The notes beneath the pieces were generated by a model. The model worked only from the letters and a program-made list of their open reading frames with translations, searched no databases and was not told the origin of the DNA. Positions 29,543-39,669 of a DNA stretch of 64,000 nucleotides are shown here, one piece after another. Origin of the DNA: Minisyncoccota bacterium (GTDB lineage: Bacteria; Patescibacteriota; Minisyncoccia; UBA9983). Each line of letters begins with the position of its first letter. Position 1 is the stretch's first letter. Where the stretch lies: the NCBI GenBank assembly GCA_041648395.1, contig JBAZPC010000002.1, positions 29,181 to 93,180 on the forward strand, read 5' to 3'. The translations under genes and the position numbers were made by a program.

Positions 29543-30124
29543 GCCGTTTTTGGTTTTGAGCACGGCGTCAATGATGCCGTATTTTTTCGCCTCGTCGGGA
29601 TCCATAAAAAAATTGCGGTCGGTGTCTTTGGAAATTTTTCCCACCGACTGGCCGGTGTGCTTGGCAATAATTTGATTGAGGCGGTCTTTTGTTTTTATGA
29701 TATGGCGGGCCTCAATATCAACATCAATCGCCTGTCCCTCGGCCCCGCCCATCACTTGATGGAGTAAAATCTCGGAATTTGGCAAAGCAAATCTTTTTCC
29801 TTTCTGCCCCGCGGCCAAAAGCACCGCCCCCATGGAGGCCGCGATTCCCACGCAAATAGTGGAAACATCAGCCTTAATGTGATTCATTGTGTCGTAAACG
29901 GCTAATCCGGCAGTGACCGAACCGCCCGGAGAATTTACATAAAGATAAATATCTTTCTTCGGGTCCTCTTTTTCCAAAAACAAAAGCTGGGCGATTACCG
30001 AGTTTGCCACGCCGTCGGTAATGGGGCCGGCAAGAAAAATAATCCTGTCTTTCAAAAGGCGGGAGTAGATGTCGTAGGCGCGTTCGCCATATTGTGATTT
30101 TTCTATAACTGTTGGAATTAACAT
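29534..30124 (-). CDS. clpP: ATP-dependent Clp protease proteolytic subunit
   Basis: [28 protein letters not shown]. Confidence 0.97.
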   Translation of the reverse strand: MLIPTVIEKSQYGERAYDIYSRLLKDRIIFLAGPITDGVANSVIAQLLFLEKEDPKKDIYLYVNSPGGSVTAGLAVYDTMNHIKADVSTICVGIAASMGAVLLAAGQKGKRFALPNSEILLHQVMGGAEGQAIDVDIEARHIIKTKDRLNQIIAKHTGQSVGKISKDTDRNFFMDPDEAKKYGIIDAVLKTKNGSK

Positions 30125-30831
30125 GATTCTAAAAGTTTAAAGACCTTTTCATTCATTAATATGCCATAAGCATAGTCCTTAGCCCGACCTTCGTCAATTC
30201 CGATGAGCTCTTCTTCTGAAGCTCCCAGCTTTTCGCTTTTCGCGATCTCTCCCAAAATCATGCTGAATTTTATTCTCTTTTCGGCGTTATTTTCGTCGCC
30301 GTTTTTCTTTTCCGCTTCCAAAATTATTTTTGGGATATCTATTTTTGTCGCATCCGCTATTTTTTCCAAAATTTCAACCCTTCTTTTCCCTAGCGCTTTT
30401 ATTTTTTCTTCCTCCGAACCCAATTTATCTTCTTTTGCTTTTTCGATTTTAGAAGCGATGTTTTTGTAATCAGGAAGCTGAATTTCCGGCATAACCGCCG
30501 TTTTTATTTTAAAGCCAAGGGGATTGTTTTTGGCAATTTTTGTGATGCTGATTTGCGGATGGCCGATGGCAAAAATCTTATTTTCTTCAAGAATTTTTTG
30601 GTATTCTTTTTGGAGCGCGATTTCCGCCATTGTTTCCAAAACAGCGCTTTCACCGACTTTCTCAATCAAAACTTTTTCCGGCGCGTTGCCCGGCCTGAAC
30701 CCGTCTATTTTTATTTCCTCCGACATTTCTTTCACCGCCTCGCTCCGAAAACTTTCAAAAATATCGGCTTCTATCTCGCCGGCAATTTCCATCTCCGATC
30801 CGGGAAGTTTTTTTATTTCTAAATTAGTCAT
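30118..30831 (-). CDS. tig: Trigger factor, shortened
   Basis: [10 protein letters not shown] ribosome-binding motif; upstream of clpP; only 237 aa. Confidence 0.85.
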   Translation of the reverse strand: MTNLEIKKLPGSEMEIAGEIEADIFESFRSEAVKEMSEEIKIDGFRPGNAPEKVLIEKVGESAVLETMAEIALQKEYQKILEENKIFAIGHPQISITKIAKNNPLGFKIKTAVMPEIQLPDYKNIASKIEKAKEDKLGSEEEKIKALGKRRVEILEKIADATKIDIPKIILEAEKKNGDENNAEKRIKFSMILGEIAKSEKLGASEEELIGIDEGRAKDYAYGILMNEKVFKLLESC

Positions 30832-30838
30832 CTGTTTT

Positions 30839-31303
30839 TTATTGTAGAAATTTTATAACCACGCGCCTGTTCGGATCTTCACCTGTGCTTTCCGTGGCGA
30901 TGTCCGGGTATTCGGTCAAAACCGCGTGAACAATTCTTCTGTCGTAGGCGCTCATCGGCTCCATCTCCAGCTCTTTCTTGAAATATCTCACTCTTTGGGC
31001 GCTCATTTTGGCCAGATTTTTTATCTCTTCAATTTTTTTTGCCTGATAATCGTTCACGTCCAGAAAAAACTGGATTTTTTCCAGCTCGTTTTTTTTAAGT
31101 TCGTTCTCGGTAATTTTTTTTAATAGATGGCTTAGCGCTGTCAGATTGTGGCCGTTTTCTCCTATCAATATTCCCGCCTCTCTGGTTCTAATAATAAACT
31201 GCGGACACTCGCTGCTCTCTATTATTTCCACTTCTCCTTGAACTGTCATTTTGTCCAAAAATTCCTCAATCAGCGATTTTATTATTTGTTTCTGTTTTTC
31301 CAT
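30839..31303 (-). CDS. jag: Jag/KhpB (KH + R3H) RNA-binding protein
   Basis: LIGENG, DVNDY, PMSAYDRRIVH, STGEDPNRRVVI. Confidence 0.9.
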   Translation of the reverse strand: MEKQKQIIKSLIEEFLDKMTVQGEVEIIESSECPQFIIRTREAGILIGENGHNLTALSHLLKKITENELKKNELEKIQFFLDVNDYQAKKIEEIKNLAKMSAQRVRYFKKELEMEPMSAYDRRIVHAVLTEYPDIATESTGEDPNRRVVIKFLQ

Positions 31304-32036
31304 TGTTTTTTTGCATAATTTTATCGGCTTTTTTTCTCACGATGAATTCATGAATTATAGCGAATGTGTTCATGGTTGTCCAATAAACGGCGATGCCACC
31401 GGAAAGACGGGAGACGATAAAAAAAATGAGAACTGGCATCACATACCTCATCTGAATATTCATATTTCTGGCAAGGTCGTCTTTGAAAGAACTTTTGGCG
31501 CCGGTGTTCAATTTTTTTATCGGCGGGAGAGCCAGTTGCATTTGAATAAATTGGGTAGCGGCGGTGATGAAGCCCAAGATGTAACTTTTTTGGGTTAAAT
31601 CAAAAAGTCCGAGAAAATTTATATTAAAAACCTGCGGGATTTGTAAAAAAGAATAAATATGAGCCGGGTCAAAATGCACGCCAGCGATGAAAACTTTATA
31701 TAAAGCGAAAATAATAGGAATTTGAATTAAGAGCGTGACAAAACCGGAAAAAGGATTGACCCCATGCTGGCGGTAAAGTTCCATGGTTTTCTTGGCTTGC
31801 TCTTGGTTGTCTTTTTTATATTTCTCTTTTATGTCCTTGAGCGCCGGCTCCAGTTGTTTTATTTTTTGCTGGGTGATAATGGCGCGATGGTTGAGAGGAA
31901 AAATAATAAGGCGGACGATTATAGTTAGAATAATAATAGCGAGACCAACATCATGAAAGGGCAGGATGTTTATCAAAAAAACAAGCCCGTTTAAAAACGG
32001 CTCAAAAAAAGCGGCATTAAAGGCGGAAGAAATCAT
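31266..32036 (-). CDS. yidC: Membrane protein insertase YidC (short form)
   Basis: GLAIIILTIIVRLIIFPL, MELYRQHGVNPF, LIQIPI, VYW. Confidence 0.95.
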   Translation of the reverse strand: MISSAFNAAFFEPFLNGLVFLINILPFHDVGLAIIILTIIVRLIIFPLNHRAIITQQKIKQLEPALKDIKEKYKKDNQEQAKKTMELYRQHGVNPFSGFVTLLIQIPIIFALYKVFIAGVHFDPAHIYSFLQIPQVFNINFLGLFDLTQKSYILGFITAATQFIQMQLALPPIKKLNTGAKSSFKDDLARNMNIQMRYVMPVLIFFIVSRLSGGIAVYWTTMNTFAIIHEFIVRKKADKIMQKNNGKTETNNKIAD

Positions 32037-32045
32037 TGTTATATT

Positions 32046-32381
32046 CTAGATAATATTTGCTTTTCTGGAAACCCCCAGAATTTCTTTTTCTAGCTCTTTT
32101 GATTTTAATTTTTCGCTTCCGGGTTTAAAAAAATAGACGGCCGTCGCGCCGGAAACAAAAAGGCCGATGTTTTTCCATACAATATGCCTGGCGCGACGCT
32201 TGATGGTATTTCTTTTAACCGCGCTTTTGGCTGTTTTTTTTGACACAACAAAGGAAAAGGTTGGGTTGTTGTCCTTAGTGTGGATTACTTTTAGATAAAC
32301 GGCTTGGGAGTCGAATCGTTTTCCAAATTTTAAGACCTTTTTTAAAATATCTTTATTTAATCTGTGTTTTTTAGGAAGCAT
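32046..32381 (-). CDS. rnpA: Ribonuclease P protein component
   Basis: MLPKKHRL, VVSKK..KSAVKRN.IKRR. Confidence 0.92.
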   Translation of the reverse strand: MLPKKHRLNKDILKKVLKFGKRFDSQAVYLKVIHTKDNNPTFSFVVSKKTAKSAVKRNTIKRRARHIVWKNIGLFVSGATAVYFFKPGSEKLKSKELEKEILGVSRKANII

Positions 32382-32518
32382 TTTTGTTAATTAAATCATA
32401 CAATAAAAAAGCAAAAGAACAATCTTCACAACTCATCCACGGGATATTAACATATTGGCATGTTTTCACTCTGGCTTTGAAGGTTGATGAAAACAAAGAG
32501 CAAGTATAATTAATTTTA

Positions 32519-33889
32519 ATGGTTATGGATTTTGATAAACTTTGGAAAGACGCTTTGGTGGAGATAGAGCTCGGTGTTTCAAGGGCCAGTTTTATTACTT
32601 GGTTCAAAAATACCAATATCGCCGGCGAAGAAAACGGGGTGCTCTTCGTAAACGTCCCCAATACCTTCGTTAAAGAATGGCTTTCCGGCAAATATCATAA
32701 ATTTATTTTAAGGGCCGTCCATAATATTCATCCTCATATCAAGAATATAGAATATTTAATATCATCCGTCTCTTCCGCTTTGCCAAAAAATTCAATGGCT
32801 CCGAAAGCTATGCCCGTTCAACAGGAAGAGCAACTTGGTTTTAATGAATTTTATATAGACAAGGAGGCGAATCTTAATCCGAAATATACTTTTGATTCTT
32901 TTATCGTCGGCTCTTTCAATGAAGTGGCGCATGCCGCCGCGACGGCGGTGACAAAAAATCCCGGTTCTGTTTATAATCCTCTTTTTATTTATGGCGGAAC
33001 CGGCTTGGGAAAAACCCACCTTCTTCAGGCGATCGGCAATAAAATGAAAGAACAAAACCAAAGCGCCAAGGTGCATTATATGACATCGGAAAAATTCGCC
33101 TCGGAGTTCATTAATTCCGTTCAAAATAAAACCGTCTATGATTTTAAAGAGAAGTATAGAAAATATAATCTTTTAATAATAGACGATATTCAGTTTTTTT
33201 CGGACAAGCTGAAAATCCAAGAGGAATTTTTTCATATCTTCAACACCCTTTATGAAAGAAACAACCAGATTGTTTTTTCCTCAGATCGGTCGCCCAAGCA
33301 TATTGTCGGGCTTGAAGAGCGCTTGAGGTCGAGGTTTGAAGGAGGAATGATGGTTGATATTTCAAAACCAGAATATGAATCACGTTTGGCGATTTTAAAA
33401 ACAAAAGTTGAAACAAAAGGATTTCCTTTGGACCAGGAGATTATGGAATTTATCGCCGCCAACGTGGAAGATAATATTAGGGAACTGGAAGGCGCTCTTA
33501 ATTCTATTGTTGGCCAATCAAAAATAAAAGGAAAAATTCTTTCTGTTAACGAAATAAAAGAAATATTAAAGAAAAACGCAAAACCACAGAAAACCGTCAC
33601 TTTTTCTGATATTATTAGGGTTATCGCTCAATTTTACGAAATAAACGAAAAAACTATGTTTGAAAAAACAAGGAAGAAAGAGATAGTTAAACCAAGACAA
33701 GTGGCAATGTTTTTATTAAGGGAGGATTTAAATACTTCTTATCCTTTTATCGGCCAAAAATTCGGCCAAAGAGACCATACTACTGTTATTCATGCTTACA
33801 AAAAAATAAGTGGGTTAATAAAAAAAGATGAAAAATTAAATAATGAAATTAATAATATTAGGGGGATATTATATGGAAAAGATGTGTAA
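32519..33889 (+). CDS. dnaA: Chromosomal replication initiator DnaA
   Basis: LNPKYTFDSF, YNPLFIYGGTGLGKTHL, IDDIQF, RLRSRF, RDHTTVIHA. Confidence 0.98.
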   Translation: MVMDFDKLWKDALVEIELGVSRASFITWFKNTNIAGEENGVLFVNVPNTFVKEWLSGKYHKFILRAVHNIHPHIKNIEYLISSVSSALPKNSMAPKAMPVQQEEQLGFNEFYIDKEANLNPKYTFDSFIVGSFNEVAHAAATAVTKNPGSVYNPLFIYGGTGLGKTHLLQAIGNKMKEQNQSAKVHYMTSEKFASEFINSVQNKTVYDFKEKYRKYNLLIIDDIQFFSDKLKIQEEFFHIFNTLYERNNQIVFSSDRSPKHIVGLEERLRSRFEGGMMVDISKPEYESRLAILKTKVETKGFPLDQEIMEFIAANVEDNIRELEGALNSIVGQSKIKGKILSVNEIKEILKKNAKPQKTVTFSDIIRVIAQFYEINEKTMFEKTRKKEIVKPRQVAMFLLREDLNTSYPFIGQKFGQRDHTTVIHAYKKISGLIKKDEKLNNEINNIRGILYGKDV

Positions 33890-34044
33890 AAAAATAATAA
33901 GATGTAGTTTTTATAAAATTTTTATTAACATCTTATTAAATTAAAATAATAATTAAAATAATAATTAAAATAATTTATTAACATATCCACACACTAATAA
34001 TAAATAATAAAATATAAATTTATAAATAATATATTATTAAAACT
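33890..34044. other. Probable oriC unwinding region
   Basis: Extremely AT-rich dnaA-dnaN gap; aattaaaataat x3 (33939-33974); DnaA-box variants ttattaaca (33922, 33975) and atatccaca (33983) followed by TAA triplets. Confidence 0.75.
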
Positions 34045-35148
34045 ATGAAAACTATTTGTTTAAAAAACCATCTTAAAGAAGCTATATATTTATGTGAGAA
34101 AATCACAGGTAAAAATTTAAGTTTACCGATTTTGAGTAATATTCTTATTTCCACTGAAGATAGAAATTTAAAACTTACCGCCACAAATTTGGAAATTGGA
34201 ATAGAAGTTGAAATTCCAGCTAAAATAGAAAAAAAAGGGAAAGTGGCCGTACTGGCGAATATTTTTTCTAGTTTTATTTCTAATATCTCTAATGAAGAAA
34301 ATATAACTCTTGAATCGCAAAATAATAATCTTTTAGTTTCCATACTAAACAGCTCAACTTTAATAAAAGGGCAAAAGCCGGATGATTTTCCGATTCTTCC
34401 AAAGACGAATGAAAAAAGAGAAGTTGAAATTCCAGTCGAAGATTTTATTAAAGGACTCAAGTCGGTTAGCTACGCCGTTTCATTTTCAAATATTAAACCA
34501 GAGATATCGTCGGTTTTTATTTATTCCGGGAAAAATACGCCGCTGACTTTTGTCGCCACTGACTCATTTAGGTTGGCGGAGAAAAAATTCAAATATTCTT
34601 TCCCTGATTTTAAGGGTGTGCTTGTGCCTCAAAGGAGCGTGAGTGAAATTATGAGAATTTTTGACGGAAGAAAAGGAAAGGTTAAATTAATTTTCGATAG
34701 AAACCAAATTTTTGTCGTTCTGGATAATATAAAATTTATTTCCCGGCTCACTGAAGGAGTTTTTCCTGACTATCAGCAAATAATACCGAAAAAATTCACT
34801 ACGGACGTGGTTACGGACAAAAATCTTTTTATCGGCAGTTTAAAAACCGCTTCTGTTTTTTCAAACAAACTTAATGAACTTAACATGGCGGTAAACTCAA
34901 AGAACGGATCGGTTTCAATAAAAACATCAAACACGGAGGCAGGCGAGCATACAGCAAACATTCCGGCCAAGGTAACGGGCGAAGAACTAAAAATGACTTT
35001 CAATCACAAATATATTTACGATTGTCTTCCGCACATTGATTCGGAAAAAATTCTTTTGCGTTTTTCCGGCGAAGGAAAGCCTCTTATCATCACGGGTACC
35101 GACGACAATTCTTTCCAATACATCGCGATGCCAATGAATATGATGTAA
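34045..35148 (+). CDS. dnaN: DNA polymerase III beta clamp
   Basis: LPILSNILI, ATNLEIG, VATDSFRLA, SRL.EG.FPDY, IAMPM. Confidence 0.97.
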   Translation: MKTICLKNHLKEAIYLCEKITGKNLSLPILSNILISTEDRNLKLTATNLEIGIEVEIPAKIEKKGKVAVLANIFSSFISNISNEENITLESQNNNLLVSILNSSTLIKGQKPDDFPILPKTNEKREVEIPVEDFIKGLKSVSYAVSFSNIKPEISSVFIYSGKNTPLTFVATDSFRLAEKKFKYSFPDFKGVLVPQRSVSEIMRIFDGRKGKVKLIFDRNQIFVVLDNIKFISRLTEGVFPDYQQIIPKKFTTDVVTDKNLFIGSLKTASVFSNKLNELNMAVNSKNGSVSIKTSNTEAGEHTANIPAKVTGEELKMTFNHKYIYDCLPHIDSEKILLRFSGEGKPLIITGTDDNSFQYIAMPMNMM

Positions 35149-35153
35149 AAAAG

Positions 35154-35162
35154 TTATCCACA
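35154..35162 (+). promoter_or_regulatory. Perfect DnaA box (others at 10092-10100 and 39849-39857, minus strand)
   Basis: TTATCCACA. Confidence 0.7.
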
Positions 35163-35276
35163 CCTTTGTTATGAAAGCGCTTAATTTCTATTGCGCAAAC
35201 TTTTCATACGCGGGATAATTAAATTAATATTAAAATAGAGTTATGGTCGACTCTGTTTCTGCTTAAAAAAAATAAA

Positions 35277-35318
35277 ATGGCAAAGAAAAAGAAAGCGAAG
35301 AAAGGAAAGAAGAAATAA
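35277..35318 (+). CDS. Putative 13-aa lysine-rich micropeptide
   Basis: MAKKKKAKKGKKK*, between a promoter-like region and a strong terminator. Confidence 0.45.
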   Translation: MAKKKKAKKGKKK

Positions 35319-35329
35319 TTTCTCTCTTC

Positions 35330-35368
35330 AAAAAACAAATCCCGGCATTATGCCGGGATTTGTTTTTT
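35330..35368. terminator. Bidirectional intrinsic terminator
   Basis: aaaaaacaaatcccggca-tta-tgccgggatttgtttttt. Confidence 0.85.
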
Positions 35369-35382
35369 GGTATAATTAATTT

Positions 35383-35658
35383 ATGGCATGGAGCAGGGCA
35401 TCAAATTTTTTGGAAAAATTCAAAAATTTAAAGCCGCCTAAAAAATTTACTCAAGACGAAACAATTAAGATAATTAACGATATTTTGGGTATTTCCCTGA
35501 AAGACGGCGACATAGAGCAGAAAGGAATGGCTCTTTTTATAAAATCAAAAAACCCGGCGATGAAAAGCGAAATTTTTTTAAGAAAAAACAAAATTCTTGA
35601 AGATTTAAGCAAAAAACTCGGCCATAAGGCGCCGAAAGATATCAGGTTCAGTAATTAA
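35383..35658 (+). CDS. Hypothetical protein, possibly DciA/DUF721-like
   Basis: 91 aa near dnaN; LFIKSKNPAMKSEIFLRKNKILEDL resembles the DciA KH-like core. Confidence 0.5.
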   Translation: MAWSRASNFLEKFKNLKPPKKFTQDETIKIINDILGISLKDGDIEQKGMALFIKSKNPAMKSEIFLRKNKILEDLSKKLGHKAPKDIRFSN

Positions 35659-38158
35659 TCCTAATAGGGACACTTACTTCCGTTTTGTTTCTTGCTTTGT
35701 CGTAGGCGACAATTTTTAACGTGGCGCTGTCGCTGATTCCCGCCACGGCGGACGGCGCGAAAGAAAAATTAAACGGTTCTTTGTTTAACGAGCCGAGATA
35801 GGTGTTGTTTAAAAAATAATCAACCTGATCCAATCCGAATCTGCTCTGAACCGACAAGCTCACGTTTATGTTGGAGTTCAAATTATAAACTCCTTCTCTT
35901 GTTGGAGAAATTATATTTATTGTCGGAGCGTATTCCGGCCTGTGAACGTCGTCAAATTCTTTCGGCGCGTCGTTAATCGTCTGGTCTTTAATTCCTTGTC
36001 TTGCTGCCCAATCGCGGACAGGTTTCTCCCAAAGTTCAAACTGCGAATCGCTTGCCGGATTTTCCGGTTTCGGTCCGAGCGGATTATTTTTATCAAGCCA
36101 ATACAAAATTGAATGAACTTGAGTGATTGGTTTTTCCACGATAAGTTCTTGGGGGGTGAATTGCGTCGCCAGCTTGCCGGAAATTTTATCTATCTTATAT
36201 GTTTCTCCTCCTTGCCATTCACCGCGAAGAACCGGCTTCGGTTCATTCATTTTTTGTGGAGATTCAAACTCTTCTTTCGGCAGGTCGCTGAAGGCCTCCG
36301 TGAAAAAAGCGTTCCATAACGGCGCGGCGATAAAGCCGGCAACTTTTTTCTCCATGGAAGAATTATCATTGTTTCCGCACCAGACACCCACGGCCAAATT
36401 TGGCGTGTAGCCAAGAACCCAAGCGTCGCGGTAGTCGTTAGTTGTGCCTGTTTTTACCGCCACCTGCCTGTCGGGAAAATAAAGGGCGGATGTTTGGCCA
36501 AAGGCCGGCGCGCGCGCGGTATTATCGGAAAGAATGTCCGTAATTAAAAGGGCGATATTTTTATCCAGAACTTGGTCCGCGGATGATTTATATTCCTCAA
36601 GAATATTTCCTCGGCTGTCTTCAATTTTTAAAATCCCGGTAGTTTTATTTTTTACGCCGTTGTCGGCAAAAACGGAATAAGCTCCAGTCATTTCCAAAAG
36701 AGAAACCTCTCCGCCCCCGAGAACAAGGGTGAGGCCGTATCTGGAAGGGTCAGTTAATGTGCTGATCCCCATGTCGCCCATTGTTTCTAGAGAATCGTTT
36801 ATGCTGGCGAGGTAAAGGGTCTTAACAGAAGGAATATTTATTGACTGAGCCAAGGCATTTCTTAAAATGACATGGCCGCGAAAAACGTGGTCGTAATTTT
36901 CCGGAGAATAGCATTCCTCCTGTTTTGTGTTTGTCCCGGGCTTGGGCGTGTGGTCGGGATTGCAGGAGCTGTTGAATTCCGTGTCCAAATCAAAGAGGAC
37001 GGTGTCGGGCGTAAATCCTTTTTTGAAGGCCGTGGCGTAAACGAATGGTTTTATAGACGAGCCCGGCTGGCGACGAGCGAGAGTAACGTTGAAATTTCCG
37101 CCGTCTTCTTCATTAAAGTAGTCCTTTGAGCCGACCATCGCCAAAATTTGGCCGGTCTTCGGGTCAATAGCTACAAGCGCGGCGTTGGAGGCGTTAAATT
37201 TTTCCTTATTTTCCGCCGCGTACTTTGCCACCAATTCTTCCGCTTTCGCCTGCAGTTTATAATCAAGGGTGGTTAAGACCTTCAGCCCGTCTTGCTCCAA
37301 AACGTCTTTTCCGTATTTGCTTTCCAAATATGATCTTATGAAAATTGAAAAATGCGGGGCCTTAAGCGACTGGTCGCCTTTGTTCATAAAGCTGACTTTT
37401 TCCTTTTTCGCCAGCGCCTCCTCCTCTTCGCTTATAAAACCCAATTCCTTCATTCTTTTTAAGACAAGATTTTTTCTTTCTTCCAGTTCGTTTCTGTGGT
37501 CGCCATAGGGAGAATAATAAGTCGGCGCTTGCGGCAGCGCCGCGAGATACGCCGACTCCGCCAAATCAAGCTGGCCGGCCGGCTTGCCGAAAAAATTCTG
37601 GCTGGACGCCTCAATGCCGTAGTTGCTTCCGCCGTAAGGTATTTCATTCAGATATAATTCAAGAATTTTGTCTTTAGACGTTACCCGTTCAAGTTTTAAT
37701 GTGAGTATCACTTCTTTTATTTTTCTTAAAAAACTTTTATCGCGAGTTAAGAGGGAGTTTTTTATAAGTTGCTGGGAAATAGTTGACCCCCCTTGCTTAA
37801 TGGAACCGGAACCAATGTTGGTAATCATCGCTCTGGCTATTCCGACAAAATCAATACCGTGATGCTGGTAAAAAGTGGAGTCCTCTATGGCGACGGTGGC
37901 GTTTTTTAAATGCCGGGAAATTTGGTCCAAAGGCACCGAGGTTCGCTTGATGTTTTGATGGATATCCCAAAGGAGAACCTTTCCGGTCTTATCGTATATT
38001 TTTGTGGACTGGACAACTTTCCGGCTTTCAAACGCCTCAAAGTCCGGCATTTTTAAAGCGGATATCCAATAAGCAAAAACACTGGCGCCGATTCCGGCTA
38101 GCATTACGGCGAGAAAAATTATTCTATAAAGGAAAGGAAATCTTTTACTTGAAAACAT
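35648..38158 (-). CDS. Class A penicillin-binding protein (PBP1A family)
   Basis: AIEDSTFYQHHG, GGSTISQQL, RKIKE, RQPGSSIKP, SIN, KTGT. Confidence 0.95.
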   Translation of the reverse strand: MFSSKRFPFLYRIIFLAVMLAGIGASVFAYWISALKMPDFEAFESRKVVQSTKIYDKTGKVLLWDIHQNIKRTSVPLDQISRHLKNATVAIEDSTFYQHHGIDFVGIARAMITNIGSGSIKQGGSTISQQLIKNSLLTRDKSFLRKIKEVILTLKLERVTSKDKILELYLNEIPYGGSNYGIEASSQNFFGKPAGQLDLAESAYLAALPQAPTYYSPYGDHRNELEERKNLVLKRMKELGFISEEEEALAKKEKVSFMNKGDQSLKAPHFSIFIRSYLESKYGKDVLEQDGLKVLTTLDYKLQAKAEELVAKYAAENKEKFNASNAALVAIDPKTGQILAMVGSKDYFNEEDGGNFNVTLARRQPGSSIKPFVYATAFKKGFTPDTVLFDLDTEFNSSCNPDHTPKPGTNTKQEECYSPENYDHVFRGHVILRNALAQSINIPSVKTLYLASINDSLETMGDMGISTLTDPSRYGLTLVLGGGEVSLLEMTGAYSVFADNGVKNKTTGILKIEDSRGNILEEYKSSADQVLDKNIALLITDILSDNTARAPAFGQTSALYFPDRQVAVKTGTTNDYRDAWVLGYTPNLAVGVWCGNNDNSSMEKKVAGFIAAPLWNAFFTEAFSDLPKEEFESPQKMNEPKPVLRGEWQGGETYKIDKISGKLATQFTPQELIVEKPITQVHSILYWLDKNNPLGPKPENPASDSQFELWEKPVRDWAARQGIKDQTINDAPKEFDDVHRPEYAPTINIISPTREGVYNLNSNINVSLSVQSRFGLDQVDYFLNNTYLGSLNKEPFNFSFAPSAVAGISDSATLKIVAYDKARNKTEVSVPIRINY

Positions 38159-38246
38159 TATCTAATATGTTAGTTCCAAAACTTGTTTTTGGCAAACAAA
38201 ATAAAAAGGTCCTATGCGAAAACACAGGACCCGAGACGGCGAGGAG

Positions 38247-38420
38247 TTAGAAGCCGACAATTATGGCTGCCAGCGCCTTTTTGGCTTCTGTGGGCTGTTT
38301 TTCCACAAACACCCTTTTCAGAGTGTCATGGAAAATTTCCTCCCTTATCTCTTTTTTTCTCCTTTCAATTCTTTTCGTAAAAGAATTTTCTTTTACGAAA
38401 TCATCCAAAAGATTTAACAT
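38247..38420 (-). CDS. 57-aa orphan protein
   Basis: MLNLLDDFVKENSFTKRIERRKKEIREE...IIVGF*; GGAGGTGA RBS; TTGACA-16-TACAAT at 38450-38477; below the ORF-track cutoff. Confidence 0.6.
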   Translation of the reverse strand: MLNLLDDFVKENSFTKRIERRKKEIREEIFHDTLKRVFVEKQPTEAKKALAAIIVGF

Positions 38421-38514
38421 AATTCACCTCCTTTATTTTTTCTTCCTACATTGTAGCACCTCTGTATTTTTTGTCAATAGTGCCGGAAAAGCCCTTAAAT
38501 GCTACTATCTAAAC

Positions 38515-39669
38515 ATGAAAGACGAGCAAAAGATAAAAGAATTACTGGACAGAGGAGTAAAAAAAATAATAAGCCGGGAAAGTTTGGAAAAAAAACTTAA
38601 ATCGGGAAAAATTTTGCGAATCAAACACGGGGTTGACCCGACAACACCCGACCTGCATCTTGGTTACGCGGTTATTTACAGAAAACTAAAACAATTCCAA
38701 GATCTCGGCCACAAGGTTGTTTTTTTAATCGGCGACTTTACCGGCCGCTTCGGCGATCCGACGGAAAAAACGGAAACCAGAAAAATGCGAGAGAAAAAAG
38801 AAGTCAAAGCCCTGGCAAAAAATTATATAAGCCAAGTCGGGAAAATTCTTGACGCTAAAAAACTTGAGATAAGATACAACGGCGACTGGTATGACAAAAT
38901 GAGCGCCGAGGAACTTCTCCATTTGATGTCAAAGTTTACCACAGCCCAAATGATGCAAAGAGAAATGTTTCAAGAACGCGCAGGGAAAGGGCTTGAGACG
39001 GGATTACACGAACCGGTTTATCCCGTGCTTCAAGGATATGATTCAGTGATGCTTAAGTCGGACGCGACGGCGATAGGAAGCGATCAGGAATTCAACGAGC
39101 TTCAAGGAAGAAGGCTGCAGGAAATATATAATCAAGCGCCGCAGGATTTGGTGATTATGCCGATTTTAACCGGGCTGGATGGAGAGAAAAAAATGAGCCA
39201 AAGCTTGGGAAATTATATTGGCATTACCGAGGCGCCGGAGGCGCAATACGGAAAAATTATGTCTATTCCGGATAAGTTATTATCTGAATACTTTGGATTA
39301 CTGACGGACTTAAGTTTTAATGAAAAAGAAAATCCACGGGATGCGAAAATGCGTTTGGCTTTTGAAATCGTAAAAACTTATCATTCTGAAAAAGAGGCGA
39401 AGAAGGCACAAGAAAATTTTGTTAATCTTTTTCAGAAAAAAGAAATACCTACTGATATTCCGGAAATTAAAATCAAAAAAGAAGAAGCGCTCGGCGATAT
39501 TCTTGTTGAAAATAAAATTATTTCGTCAAAAGGCGAGTTTAGAAGATTGTTAACAGAGAATGCGATAGACGTTGATGGAAAAACAATCACCGATGTTCAT
39601 TATAAAATAGAAAAAACCGCGATTATAAAAATCGGCAAAAGAAAATTCGTAAAAATTATCTTAGCTTAA
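38515..39669 (+). CDS. tyrS: Tyrosine--tRNA ligase
   Basis: GVDPTTPDLHLG, IGDFT..FGDP, YPVLQGYD, KMSQS, C-terminal S4-like KIGKR. Confidence 0.95.
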   Translation: MKDEQKIKELLDRGVKKIISRESLEKKLKSGKILRIKHGVDPTTPDLHLGYAVIYRKLKQFQDLGHKVVFLIGDFTGRFGDPTEKTETRKMREKKEVKALAKNYISQVGKILDAKKLEIRYNGDWYDKMSAEELLHLMSKFTTAQMMQREMFQERAGKGLETGLHEPVYPVLQGYDSVMLKSDATAIGSDQEFNELQGRRLQEIYNQAPQDLVIMPILTGLDGEKKMSQSLGNYIGITEAPEAQYGKIMSIPDKLLSEYFGLLTDLSFNEKENPRDAKMRLAFEIVKTYHSEKEAKKAQENFVNLFQKKEIPTDIPEIKIKKEEALGDILVENKIISSKGEFRRLLTENAIDVDGKTITDVHYKIEKTAIIKIGKRKFVKIILA

